A stretch of DNA of 64,000 bases from Candidatus Bathyarchaeia archaeon (GCA_050015395.1 JBEKBM010000001.1:96001-160000); one strand, 5' to 3'; shown: positions 9,422 to 19,864, numbered from the stretch's first letter. The notes: generated from the letters alone by a model not told the origin. Made by a program: numbers and translations.

Positions 9422-10654
9422 GTGGACATCCAAGCGGTTCGTCAAGATTTCCCAATATTAAAACGCCAAGTAAACAACTATCCCCTAATTTATTTTGATA
9501 ATGCTGCAACTACCCAGAAGCCCCGCCAAGTAATTGACGCCGTAAGCGATTTTTATGAAAACCACAATGGGAACGTGCATAGAGCAGTACATACGCTCTC
9601 TTTGGAGGCAACGGATTTTTATGAGAAGTCAAGGGAAAAAATCGCAAAATTCATCCACGCCAAAGAGTCTTCAGAACTTGTTTTTGTTAGAGGCACAACG
9701 GAAGCCATCAACTTAGTTGCGTACTCTTGGGGACTAAACAGCCTAAACAGGGGCGACGAGGTTTTAGTTTCCCTAATGGAGCATCACAGCAATATTGTTC
9801 CTTGGGAAATCATCTCTAAAATAAAAGGTTTCACAATAAAATATGCCAATGTAAATGCCGACGGCACGTTAGATTATGATGATTTTGAAAGCAAATTTTC
9901 AAGCAAAACAAAAATTGCCTGCTTAAGCCATGTTTCAAACGTTACAGGCGTAATTAACGACGTCAAACGAACTGCTAAGGTTGCACATGATAATGGCGCT
10001 TTAATGCTTGTTGATGGCGCTCAGTCTGTGCCGCATTTGACTGTTGATGTTCAGGATTTGGATATGGATTTTCTGGCTTTTTCAGGACATAAAATGCTTG
10101 GACCCACAGGCATCGGAGTGCTTTACGGCAAAAAGGAACTGCTTGAAAAGATGCCGCCATTCCAAGGTGGGGGAGAAATGATAAAGGAAGTAGCTTATAG
10201 CCAAGGCAAAGGCTGCAGCATAAGTTGGAATGACCCGCCGTGGAAGTTTGAAGCGGGCACGCCTAACATTGGCGGCGCCGTTGGCTTAGCAGAAGCCGTA
10301 AAGTATCTTGAAGCTGTAGGCATGGACGAGGTGCTAAGCCACGAGAAAGCGTTAACTAAGTATGCAGTTGAACGCATGCAAGAATGCAATAAAGTTACGA
10401 TTCATGGCTCCAGTGACCTTTCTAAGAAATGCGGCATAATACCCTTCAGCGTTAAAGGATTATCGTCACATGATGTTGCACTCATCTGTGACAACTACGG
10501 AATAATGATACGAAGCGGTTACCATTGTGCACAACCGCTGCATCAGCAAGTTTTAAAGCTTCACTCCTCTGACCGGGCAAGCTTTTACATTTACAACACA
10601 CGCGAGGAAGTTGACCGTTTCGTTGAAGTTTTAAAGGAGATCGAGCAGCTCTAA
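9422..10654 (+). CDS. sufS: Group II cysteine desulfurase SufS
   Basis: Motifs YFDNAATTQKP, EHHSN, DGAQS, SGHKMLGPTG and RSGYHCA. Confidence 0.93.
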   Translation: MDIQAVRQDFPILKRQVNNYPLIYFDNAATTQKPRQVIDAVSDFYENHNGNVHRAVHTLSLEATDFYEKSREKIAKFIHAKESSELVFVRGTTEAINLVAYSWGLNSLNRGDEVLVSLMEHHSNIVPWEIISKIKGFTIKYANVNADGTLDYDDFESKFSSKTKIACLSHVSNVTGVINDVKRTAKVAHDNGALMLVDGAQSVPHLTVDVQDLDMDFLAFSGHKMLGPTGIGVLYGKKELLEKMPPFQGGGEMIKEVAYSQGKGCSISWNDPPWKFEAGTPNIGGAVGLAEAVKYLEAVGMDEVLSHEKALTKYAVERMQECNKVTIHGSSDLSKKCGIIPFSVKGLSSHDVALICDNYGIMIRSGYHCAQPLHQQVLKLHSSDRASFYIYNTREEVDRFVEVLKEIEQL

Positions 10655-10923
10655 TGGCAACCGTTGAAGATTACGTGTCGCGAATTGAAGGAACATGCGG
10701 TGAAGAAAAAGACGTCATAGTAGTTTTCAAGTACGACAAGAAAGATGAAGCAATCGCACGTATTTTAAAGAAAGCCACATTGAAAAATACCATAGCTGGA
10801 ATAATTTTTGAATTAACTTTTCAAGACACATCTTTCCGCCTCTACACAAGTGGAAAAGCTATTTTTAGAAGCATCAAGAATAAGCAAGAACTGAATGACC
10901 TCCTTGCCAATCTTCTACTTTAA
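10654..10923 (+). CDS. Small hypothetical protein, last gene of the Fe-S operon
   Basis: 89-aa ORF translationally coupled to sufS (TAATG overlap). Confidence 0.75.
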   Translation: MATVEDYVSRIEGTCGEEKDVIVVFKYDKKDEAIARILKKATLKNTIAGIIFELTFQDTSFRLYTSGKAIFRSIKNKQELNDLLANLLL

Positions 10924-10937
10924 GCGCCAACGCAAGT

Positions 10938-12443
10938 TCAGCTTTTTACTTGTTTGGCTAAGCGATGTCTGAATCGCATCTTATTTCTGCTCGCCCAGTT
11001 CAAAACTGGAATAAGCGGACCCTTAAGCGACTGCGGCAAGGCATCTTTAAACTCCCTATGCAATCCCAAGCGTATAGCAACTCTGCCTTTCCATGTTACA
11101 GGCACGTAGTAACGTGTTATCGGAAACTTGACAAACCCATTGCTTTCTTTAAACTTATCAAGTGACGGGTGATTTCCTATTCTTCCGTACATAAGCCACC
11201 GCGTGCCGTTGGATGCGCAGACTTCAACCGCTTTAGCAAGGAGCGCGTTGTTTACGGCTTTATCCCAATGCTTCTGCATCGAAAGTATCTGGGAAATGAC
11301 AGCTATGTTCTCGCCATGGATTATTTGGATGAATCCCACAAGCTCTTCTTGCAAAAATGCGCCGATGAATGTGGAGTTTTGGGCTGCAAACATGTTTCCA
11401 GTAACTGTTTGAAGAGGCTCGCCATAATGTGGGAAAGCTCTCTCTTGCCTTATTGCGGTTTCATTGTAAATTTTCCACATACCTTCAGCGAATTTCTCGC
11501 TTGGCTGGGCAACAGTTACCTTTATGCCGCTTTTTTCTGCTCGTCGAACCATGTTGCGCGTTTTCTTTCCAACGTTGCTCCACCAACTTTCATAGTCTTT
11601 TATTTCAAGCAAACCAACGTTATCTTCAGTTTTTATCCATGTGCTTGGCGGATTAGGAATTGGGCAACACCATTTTCTCTCCAAAAAAGTGAAAATATCT
11701 ATGCTTCTTTCGCTTAGCTTCTCAATGAACTCATCCGTGGGAACAATATTTTTTTCGTACTCTTTGATGTCATGGGCTATTTTGACGAAAGCTTTCTTTC
11801 TTATCCGTAAAGTTTCAAGCTCTTTATCCACTTCTAAAATACTCTTTAATACATCATAAAATGGTCCTCTACAGTTATTTTCTCCCTTTTTAAAGAGCCA
11901 TTCAGGATGAATAGACAACACATAATTTTGATTAATCCATTTTTCTGCTTCTTTTTTAGCGTCGTCTAAACCAAATTTATAACGTCTAGTGTCTAAACTT
12001 TTAATGGTATTAATGGTAAAATCGTGGAAGGGTGTTAACGGGAAGTCGCTGGGAACCTTAGCTTGCCTGTCTCCAGGTTTTCGTCTCCACAATAGCTGGG
12101 CAAGTAATCGTGAGGTTCCATGAATGGTATAGTACTTTACTGTTCGGTTGGTTTCATTTTCTAAGATTTTCCATTCTCGATAGGGGTTGTTTGCAACGTG
12201 CAGAGCTACCTCATGCCTGTCCAGATTTAGCAAATCGAGCAGTTTTTTGTCTGGGATTGTGTATGGTGTAAAGAACCAGTAAGCCATAACTTGTTTTGGC
12301 GACTCATTAACCATTTTAGCAATGACTCGAGCATTTTTCAAGTAATCTTTGCCTTTTCTTTTTTTGATTCCTAAAGCTATGTATAGAAAGCTTTTAGCCC
12401 TTGATGGGTAAGGGTAATCCACATCCAATCTTAGCTTTATCAT
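10938..12443 (-). CDS. Fusion of a polysaccharide-deacetylase-like domain and a GNAT/FemAB-like domain
   Basis: N-terminal half: LRLDVD, HEVALH, TIHG, SIHPEW. C-terminal half: KKTRNMVRRAEKSG and LDKFKESNGF. Confidence 0.65.
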   Translation of the reverse strand: MIKLRLDVDYPYPSRAKSFLYIALGIKKRKGKDYLKNARVIAKMVNESPKQVMAYWFFTPYTIPDKKLLDLLNLDRHEVALHVANNPYREWKILENETNRTVKYYTIHGTSRLLAQLLWRRKPGDRQAKVPSDFPLTPFHDFTINTIKSLDTRRYKFGLDDAKKEAEKWINQNYVLSIHPEWLFKKGENNCRGPFYDVLKSILEVDKELETLRIRKKAFVKIAHDIKEYEKNIVPTDEFIEKLSERSIDIFTFLERKWCCPIPNPPSTWIKTEDNVGLLEIKDYESWWSNVGKKTRNMVRRAEKSGIKVTVAQPSEKFAEGMWKIYNETAIRQERAFPHYGEPLQTVTGNMFAAQNSTFIGAFLQEELVGFIQIIHGENIAVISQILSMQKHWDKAVNNALLAKAVEVCASNGTRWLMYGRIGNHPSLDKFKESNGFVKFPITRYYVPVTWKGRVAIRLGLHREFKDALPQSLKGPLIPVLNWASRNKMRFRHRLAKQVKS

Positions 12444-12447
12444 TGCT

Positions 12448-13299
12448 TCATGAATCTCCCAAACTTTTGCCTTTCAGATAACCCATAAGCGAGTAGAAAC
12501 TGACGGCTGGATAAGCAACTAGCAACCGGACATCATGCATTTTCAAGCTCATCTTGAAACTTGTTGCAGGCGACTTCATAAACTTCAAGAAATAGTATAA
12601 CCGACCCTGATTCTGGTAAGCACTACTGAATATAGATAATCGCTTATTAGATTCTGGAAGGCTTAAACCGTAAAAATACCAATGCTTAAGCTCGCCAAAC
12701 AAGCTAGGACGCAAGTGCAAGCTTTGAACATCATAATCAACCAGCCACCTGTAACCTTTAGCATCAATTAAATTCCACAAGTAAGTGTCGATGCTACCGT
12801 ATTTAAGCTTCGGAAACCCTCCTAAACCACGCAAAACATCTGTATTCCAAATGGTGTTATCTAAGGTTTTACCGAAACCGCCAAGATAGTCAACATGACG
12901 CCTAGTCAACCGGTAAGGTACAACGTTAAAGAACAAATTGTTTTTAGGAAGAAACCTTAGACCACAAGCAGCAGCCACATCGTCTTTGCCTAAAATTAAC
13001 CGTGAAATCCTATTCCACCAAAAAGGTGAAAGCAAAATATCCTGCTCAAAACTGCAAAAGTATTCAGTTTCCACATGCTTTAAAGCTGTGTTGGCGCCAT
13101 CGCCAATCCCTTTTCCTTCGTTACTAAATACATGCCAACCAAAACTTTCAGCAATCCTAACCGTGTCATCAACGCTGCAATCATCAACAAGAAGCCTCTG
13201 ATTAACAACCTTACCTGGCACAACATGATTAATCCTGTTTAAAACAGACCCTAAAGTTTCAGCGCCATTCTTAGTCCACATAACCAAGTCAAGCTTCAA
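12448..13299 (-). CDS. Glycosyltransferase family 2
   Basis: Motifs LLVDDCSVDDT, GIGDGANTAL, SFEQD and LGGFP. Confidence 0.85.
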   Translation of the reverse strand: MKLDLVMWTKNGAETLGSVLNRINHVVPGKVVNQRLLVDDCSVDDTVRIAESFGWHVFSNEGKGIGDGANTALKHVETEYFCSFEQDILLSPFWWNRISRLILGKDDVAAACGLRFLPKNNLFFNVVPYRLTRRHVDYLGGFGKTLDNTIWNTDVLRGLGGFPKLKYGSIDTYLWNLIDAKGYRWLVDYDVQSLHLRPSLFGELKHWYFYGLSLPESNKRLSIFSSAYQNQGRLYYFLKFMKSPATSFKMSLKMHDVRLLVAYPAVSFYSLMGYLKGKSLGDS

Positions 13300-14078
13300 C
13301 CGAAACAGTCCTCCTCACCTGAAACATGCATGTGATCTACACCTACAAAACTGTAATCCACAGACTTAGTCTTTTGAGAGTTTTTTTCTTTATGTTTTAC
13401 GTCCTCCCACATGCCAAATTTCGCCAGCGGGATTAGTCGCGGTCTGTGCAGGAAGCAGTCAAACTTTCACTTTTAGCGCTTTAACTGGCTGAAGAATATA
13501 TTGTTAACCAATTATTTAACATTAGACCTCACCGACGCATAGTTCTAGCACTTTCTTTTCGTTTTCAGCTAAAATCGGGTTTTGCAAGTTTTCTTCAGTC
13601 TTCAGCTTCTTCAATAAATTGTAGATGTCTTCAGCATTGTTGCGTTGAATCTTCCGTGAGTTTCTGTTCTTTTACATCCTCAACTTAGAAACTCTCGCTT
13701 TGATTTTAACGCTAGATACATTAGTTTTGAAGAAGCAAAACAAATCTTAGAGTTTCAGGCTGTAACTAAGGCCCTAGAGAATGCTAAGAACTTTGAGCCT
13801 TACAAAGTTGGCAAATTCATTTTCTATCGCAGAGGCACAGGGGGCCTATGGTTATATGTAGTACTCACTCCTTACAGCGTGGACAACTCATTTTTTTTGC
13901 TCCTTGTTTAACTGCTAAACTTACTGCAAAAGGAATTTTTGCTCTCTTACTTGGCGGTCTGGGCATTGTAGCATTTGAACTAAGCCAGTGTTGTTTTGAA
14001 TTTTGAGCTTTCACCATTGGCAGAAATATAGTTCCCCAGAAATCAGTATTTTTCTGGAAAAGAAGTTCAAAATCATAA

Positions 14079-14249
14079 TCAGAATGCCGGTTGTAGATTT
14101 TCCTTCAAAGGCAAATGGCGGACATCAGCGCAGATAGTAGGCCTAAACTTCTTTTCGACATCTACCGTAACAACTTCATAATCTTCTTTGAATGCCTGGC
14201 TGAAACCTTCTTCACCGCTACAGAGGTCTACACAAAGAGGTTTAACCAT
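14079..14249 (-). pseudogene. Truncated N-terminus of a DNA cytosine-5 methyltransferase-like protein
   Basis: Manual translation MVKPLCVDLCSGEEGFSQAFKEDYEVVTVDVEKKFRPTICADVRHLPLKENLQPAF* resembles motifs I-III and stops before any PC motif. Confidence 0.55.
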
Positions 14250-14558
14250 TATTCTTTGCCTCTTATGCTATTTGCCGTTAAAGAATTAACTGAGTTATCC
14301 CACTTATTCCTTGTGCAAATTTTATAATCACCAGAAACACAAATCCAGCTGCCTTCATCGCATTCGTGCGCGGTGGAGCGAATGAAAGTCTCGTCACTGT
14401 CGTCATCTCTTCAGGACATTGTGGCAATCAAATAAGCGGGCGCACAAACTATAAAACGCTTATATAGACAGTTTATACGTAAGAAGAGGGACCTTGCGAT
14501 AACTAAAAAACAGAACTTCGAAGAGCTTCTGGAAGAAGAATCCAAGTATTGGGGCTAT

Positions 14559-15500
14559 ATGGCACACAAGGGACTCGAAGAAGGGAAACTTCCAGATCTG
14601 CAGGTCCATTTCAGAAAACAAAATGCTCAAGCTCTTTCGGATGATAGTGAAGTTAACTTTTTTGTTAGAGGCAAATATATCTCGAAGATATTGAATGCCT
14701 GTTGCGCTAAAAATGCTGCAAAGTGTTTAGAGTTATGCTGCGGCACAGGTTCATTAGCCCTTGAAGCAGCACGTAGAGGCGCAGATGTTACTGGTATTGA
14801 TATCTCATCTGAAGCTATCCAGATTGGGCAACAATATCAAGGGAAGATTTTAAAACATCTCACTTCGGGAAAGGTCAATTTATTTGTTGGCGACCTCAAT
14901 AGAATTAAACTTCCACAAAGAGAATATGATTCCGTCTTCGTTTGGGACGGTCTTCATCACATCAATAATATAGATCATTTAGTTTCTGAGGTCTACAAAA
15001 CATTAAAAGATAATGCCGTTTTCGCAGTCCACGATCACGTTTCCCCTTCAACTTCAAAGTGGAAGATCATTTTTGCAACTGTAACTTCTGAATTCCTTCT
15101 CCTCATCTTACCAACAAGCGATGACTTCTCTACAAAAATCAAACCGGCTTTGTCATTTATAATAAAAAAACTAAAAAGACAAAGTACCAAAAGAAAGAGA
15201 ACTAAAGAAGTTTTGACTTCGCCATTTGAGGATGTTTCTGGAGAGAACATAATCAACACCATAATGGGTACGTTCAAAATTACAGAGCTAAAAAGATATT
15301 CTGGCGGCATATCCCATCGTGTTGCTGCTAGGCTCAGACCGGATTGTAGATGTAAATTTGGCCTAATACGTTTTGTCTGCACCTTAGATACTCTCTTAAT
15401 ATCATTAAGAATTCTAAAACCCGAGTATTTCTTTCTTATAGCACATAAAAAAGAAGAAATCCATAATTCCAGGCTACTGCAAGCTACTTCAAGAGCCTGA
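14559..15500 (+). CDS. Class I SAM-dependent methyltransferase
   Basis: Motifs LELCCGTG, GIDIS, VGDL and LHHI. The frame stays open for more than 20 codons upstream, so the start is uncertain. Confidence 0.85.
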   Translation: MAHKGLEEGKLPDLQVHFRKQNAQALSDDSEVNFFVRGKYISKILNACCAKNAAKCLELCCGTGSLALEAARRGADVTGIDISSEAIQIGQQYQGKILKHLTSGKVNLFVGDLNRIKLPQREYDSVFVWDGLHHINNIDHLVSEVYKTLKDNAVFAVHDHVSPSTSKWKIIFATVTSEFLLLILPTSDDFSTKIKPALSFIIKKLKRQSTKRKRTKEVLTSPFEDVSGENIINTIMGTFKITELKRYSGGISHRVAARLRPDCRCKFGLIRFVCTLDTLLISLRILKPEYFFLIAHKKEEIHNSRLLQATSRA

Positions 15501-15749
15501 TTCTTTAGGTCAGCACGAACGACTAGCGCGCTTGTTTTTACAAAAAGATTCTCCGTTCGAGAAAAACATTAAGTTTAAAATAATGGTATAGAGGTGTGTA
15601 GCGCGCTGCCTTGTCCCGATATTATAAATTGAAGAATGTTGGGTGAGACTTCGGCCAAAACGTGTTCATCAACGAAGCCCGTTAGTGCTCAAACAAGCAA
15701 AAACGGACTTATAACCATTTTTAACCATTTATTTAATTCCCCTGCGCGC

Positions 15750-16000
15750 GCTTGCGCAGTACTCCGTCTCAACTAAGGAAAAAGCATAGCATGGGCATTA
15801 TTCAGTCCTCTCTTCTTGTTGTTAAAAACTTGCCAGCCTAAACTTTTCGCGACCGCTTTTGTACCGTCACTTGAAAAATCGTCAACGATGAACTTTCTGT
15901 TAATGGGTGGAATTACTCGACTAATCTGAGGTAGAACTATGGGTGACACTTCTTCACTATTATGAGTACACATCCACACATCAAACGGTTTTAAAGGCAT
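15750..16000 (-). pseudogene. Frameshifted, truncated GT2 fragment, paralog of 12448-13299
   Basis: MPLKPFDVWMCTHNS...IVDDFSSDGT...LGWQVFNN aligns to the N-terminus of the 283-aa GT2. After a frameshift it reads LVETEYCAS (compare HVETEYFCS), then ends. Confidence 0.75.
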
Positions 16001-16097
16001 TTCTCTATCACCACATAGACATCTTCTTCCGACACCGCCTTTTATGATGAAATAATATCTTTCCTTGTAAAGACATGGAATGTTCATACGTTCCATT

Positions 16098-17105
16098 TTA
16101 GCATCCCTCATTTTTAATCCCCGCATTTTGTTTTTCAAATACCACACTTGGATAAGCCAATCTTGAGTTATTTTCCACCAGTTTTTTAAACTCTTGCAGA
16201 GAGATATTCGAAGCAATGATCGGTAGCTTATTTCCAGCTTTCTTCAAAAGGAATCTAACAATTTCGTTTTCTTCAACCTTATCTTCAAAAACCGCAAATC
16301 GAACTCTGAAGTTATTTTCCTCCAGAATATGAAATATCTCATTCACTTTTCCAGGTTCAAGATATGGAATCTCGGGATGCAGCTCCATAAGAATTTTTAT
16401 GTCCCTATTAAGAGTCTTAACCATTCCCTTAATTATCTCGTATTCAGAGCCTTCTACATCCATGCGAATAAAGTTCGGAGGAGTTTTGTCTTTGAAGAAA
16501 GTATCCACCGTCGCCACAGGTACTTCTTCTTCACTAACGATTTTGCCAATTTTGCCACTAACAGCAGCGTTTCTGTTCATAGTGCATAAATTAGTCTTGT
16601 CTGAAACGTACATAGTCCCCGATTTTGCATCTTCATCGCCAAATGCAAACTGGAACGTAGAAACATTCTTCAGATTATTTAGTTGCACATTCCTTTTCAG
16701 TAACTCAAAATTGCTGCGAACTGGTTCGACAGCATAGACTTTTCCGCTTTTCCCTACAAGTTGTGATTCAATCAGCACGTAATAACCGATGTTGGCTCCA
16801 ATATCTAAGACAATATCACCATCTTTGAGGGCACCTGAGTGCATCAAGTAGTCCGTACAGTTTGGTTCTCTTTTTTTGTACAAAAATAGGTCGAAGTGAA
16901 TACAGTTAATGCCACCTTTTCTTGGAAACAAAAGCATCTTGGATTTGTTCACCTCTACAATAGCGCTTTCAGGGATGTGTTTTAGATACGGAAGAATACT
17001 TCTCTTCGATAGCGATAACGCCAAAAGCATAAAAACTGTCTTAACAAAGCCTTTCTCTTTAGCTTGTTTGATGGTTTTATGGAATGGTAGTTTCATTTTC
17101 CCCAT
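16098..17105 (-). CDS. FkbM family methyltransferase
   Basis: Motifs LDIGANIGYY, VYAVEP, RMDVEGSE and MELHP. Confidence 0.9.
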   Translation of the reverse strand: MGKMKLPFHKTIKQAKEKGFVKTVFMLLALSLSKRSILPYLKHIPESAIVEVNKSKMLLFPRKGGINCIHFDLFLYKKREPNCTDYLMHSGALKDGDIVLDIGANIGYYVLIESQLVGKSGKVYAVEPVRSNFELLKRNVQLNNLKNVSTFQFAFGDEDAKSGTMYVSDKTNLCTMNRNAAVSGKIGKIVSEEEVPVATVDTFFKDKTPPNFIRMDVEGSEYEIIKGMVKTLNRDIKILMELHPEIPYLEPGKVNEIFHILEENNFRVRFAVFEDKVEENEIVRFLLKKAGNKLPIIASNISLQEFKKLVENNSRLAYPSVVFEKQNAGIKNEGC

Positions 17106-17179
17106 CTCTTTAGAATGGACAATCTTGTTTTTCTCCTTTTCAAGTCTCCTATGACTTTCAGCCTGCAGACTATCCTTTC

Positions 17180-17380
17180 CTAATTAGTGATTCTCCAAGC
17201 GTCTATATCTCTACCAAAGAAAATAGATTGAGAGACAGCATATTTCTCTACTTTCCCTTCCGAAAGAAGTTCAAACAAATATACCTTACAAGTCATACGC
17301 GCAACTCCCATTTCTTCGGATATGTTGGACGTTGTATCGCCTTCTTTCATGTGAACCCCATTATTCTCCATATCTACCAT
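17180..17380 (-). CDS. Small winged-helix-like protein or fragment
   Basis: TTSNISEEMGVARMTCKVYLFELLSEGKV has an HTH pattern. Only 66 aa. Confidence 0.45.
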   Translation of the reverse strand: MVDMENNGVHMKEGDTTSNISEEMGVARMTCKVYLFELLSEGKVEKYAVSQSIFFGRDIDAWRITN

Positions 17381-17507
17381 AATTCTCTCCTTTTCTTTCT
17401 ACTTTATCTTCGTGTTTTCCCAAATTTATCACTTCTTAGTTTTTAACTAGTTTGCTTGCTAATATATCTTCAAAAAAATCGTTGATTTTAACTGATTAAG
17501 GTTCAGA

Positions 17508-17566
17508 GGCTTGTCACACCAAAAAGCATCCAAATTCACAGGTGGGTAAACAACAATTGGGTCTTT
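17508..17566. repeat. 59-bp copy of an internal segment (19266-19324) of the GT4 gene
   Basis: 55/59 identical, including an exact 32-bp match ttcacaggtgggtaaacaacaattgggtcttt. Confidence 0.9.
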
Positions 17567-17574
17567 ATTGTGTT

Positions 17575-18645
17575 TTAGAGTTGGTAAATAAAGCGTTTTC
17601 CATGAGCCATGTCTTCGAGTTTTTGTCTTCCCTGAAGATGGAATTTTCTTATTAAAATTCTTCGATGGAGTCGTGCCTGCCTAACACGTTCAATAAACAG
17701 CTTATTCATGGTGAACAAATCTTTAATTGCACTTGCATAGGTAGCTTTTCTTTGTCTTGTTCGAGCCAGCTCGTATCTGAGTAAACTCCGTTGGAAGTGA
17801 GCAAAAAATATATAAAGCCAAAAAGAATATGGGGCGATCTTTAAATACATGGCGTGGAGGTTAAGCATCTCAAGCCTCAGATTTCTGTCGCTTATCAGAT
17901 TGCTGGCAGCTCGGCTACCTTTATGCTTGGCTTTTACATGGGGAATAAAAAGTAGCTTATAACCTGCACATGTCATCCGCCATCCAAGATCAACATCCTC
18001 ATAGTTGAAGATGAAGGTGCTGTCAAATCCGCCGACCCCTAAAAACGCGTCTTTTTTGACGAGCATAAATGCGCTCCTTAAGGATGGAACTTCATCTGTT
18101 TGCAGATTGCTTAGAATTTTGAGCGGCACTCCAGCGTTCCTACAATATGCAGTGTATCGGGTTCTATCCACCTTTTTTATGAAGTCTCCAGCCGAATCAA
18201 CAATTTCTGGTGCAAATCTAATAAGTAGAGGCTGAAGGCCTTGACACTTATCGGTTTGCAAATACTGCAGTAAAGGGTTTATGTCATCCACAACCATCGT
18301 GTCATCATCAGCGAAGAGAAGGATTGAAGAATCAGCCAATAGTGCTCCAAGGTTTCTTCCAAATGCAGGTTCTTTATCGTTTTCAGTGTTAATCAATACA
18401 AGTCTTACTTTTGTTAGATTCGGCTTGCCTTTTGACATGTCAAGCAAACTTTGCTCGGCGTCTTTCTCCGATTCGATTAAGTCTGTTACCAAAATAACTT
18501 CATATTTTATTGATAACCTACTTGTTGAATCCAATAAAAGGGTGACATATTTGTTGGGAAACTTTGGGAAAACTACAATAATACTTACAGTGGGTTCCCC
18601 TGTATTATTGGCGATACTTATTGTTTTCGAAATTACTCCTCCCAC
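17575..18645 (-). CDS. Glycosyltransferase family 2
   Basis: Motifs GRNLGA, LFADDD, VGGFD and YEDVDLGWR. Confidence 0.9.
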   Translation of the reverse strand: MGGVISKTISIANNTGEPTVSIIVVFPKFPNKYVTLLLDSTSRLSIKYEVILVTDLIESEKDAEQSLLDMSKGKPNLTKVRLVLINTENDKEPAFGRNLGALLADSSILLFADDDTMVVDDINPLLQYLQTDKCQGLQPLLIRFAPEIVDSAGDFIKKVDRTRYTAYCRNAGVPLKILSNLQTDEVPSLRSAFMLVKKDAFLGVGGFDSTFIFNYEDVDLGWRMTCAGYKLLFIPHVKAKHKGSRAASNLISDRNLRLEMLNLHAMYLKIAPYSFWLYIFFAHFQRSLLRYELARTRQRKATYASAIKDLFTMNKLFIERVRQARLHRRILIRKFHLQGRQKLEDMAHGKRFIYQL

Positions 18646-18715
18646 TGAAGTTTGCTTTGGCTAAGGCTAACGCTTAATGCATAGTGCCATGAAAGGTCTC
18701 TATTAATCTTTTGGA

Positions 18716-19864
18716 TTAACCTAGCTGAGTTCCTGTTAGTAAAGTTTGAACGTGAGACCATATTTTGCTTTGAAATGTTTCAGGAGTTAGAACGGAAATT
18801 TTACTCCATAATTGTTTGCGTTTATTTTCCCAACTTGCGCTTTCATTCTCCGATTCCATGTACTTAACAATTTTTTCTTTCAAATCATCATAGCTTTCCC
18901 ATCTGAACTCTTCAGGGATAAACTCTTTTATTCCTCCGCTATTATGAACCAGCGTGACGCAGCCGCTTGCTAAACCCTCAACGGGAGCTATGCCAAAGTG
19001 TTCTCCTTCCATCAAATGCACGTAAACCCTTGAGTCATGCAGAATTTTAAGCAGGTCTGTCCCTGGCAAGTTAGTTTTCAAAGTATAATTTTGGGCAAGG
19101 TTCTCGGAAAATTTGTTGAACCAATCTTTTTCTGCTTCAATTAATCCGCCGACGCTTACAAACTCGTATGATGGCAAGTCAACGGCTAACTTTTTCATTA
19201 TTTCGTGTCTTTTCACTGGAATAAAACGCGCCACATAGGTTACTCTTTTGCGCCTCTCCGATAGCGGCTTATCACACCAAAAATTATCCAAGTTCACAGG
19301 TGGGTAAACAACAATTGGGTCTTTTACGCCGTGTGTTTTCCAGTAGCGTTCAATCATTTCTCTGGTGTAGTTGCTGTTGCAGAAAACCAAATCAAGTTTA
19401 CTTGCTCCTTGTTCAACCCACTTCTTAAATAGCCAGAGGTAAACTTTTCTTTTCAGCTTAGCCCTGTCATAGTCAAAGTGTATTTCTGGAAAGTGAACGT
19501 ACGCAATGTTCTTCTTAGCCTTATTTAAGAAAACAGGTTCAAACGGGGAGGATGATTGTGTGGAAAACAAGTAATCATATTCCAAGCGGTCTCTATACCT
19601 TTTTAGTAATTTTGCAAAGTTTTGGCGTCTTTTGTAAATGGTGAAGGGTGGTTTAACCTCAATTCTTTTTCCCAAAGAATGAATAGTGACATTTTTAGGA
19701 AATTCTTCGCCTACAATCTCTCTATACCTGTTAGCGTCAAAATCGAAAGTCAGCAACTCTACTTTTTGTCTGTGGACAACTAAGGTTTTGATTACGTTGT
19801 GACATACTCTTTCGCCCCCGCCGTAAATATCCAAGTACGGGTGAATCACGAGAAACGTTGCCAA
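18716..19864 (-). CDS. Glycosyltransferase family 4 (ALG11-like)
   Basis: Motifs HPYLDIYGGGERV, YVHFP, NSNYT, VVYPPV and EHFGIAPVEGLASG. Confidence 0.9.
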   Translation of the reverse strand: MATFLVIHPYLDIYGGGERVCHNVIKTLVVHRQKVELLTFDFDANRYREIVGEEFPKNVTIHSLGKRIEVKPPFTIYKRRQNFAKLLKRYRDRLEYDYLFSTQSSSPFEPVFLNKAKKNIAYVHFPEIHFDYDRAKLKRKVYLWLFKKWVEQGASKLDLVFCNSNYTREMIERYWKTHGVKDPIVVYPPVNLDNFWCDKPLSERRKRVTYVARFIPVKRHEIMKKLAVDLPSYEFVSVGGLIEAEKDWFNKFSENLAQNYTLKTNLPGTDLLKILHDSRVYVHLMEGEHFGIAPVEGLASGCVTLVHNSGGIKEFIPEEFRWESYDDLKEKIVKYMESENESASWENKRKQLWSKISVLTPETFQSKIWSHVQTLLTGTQLG

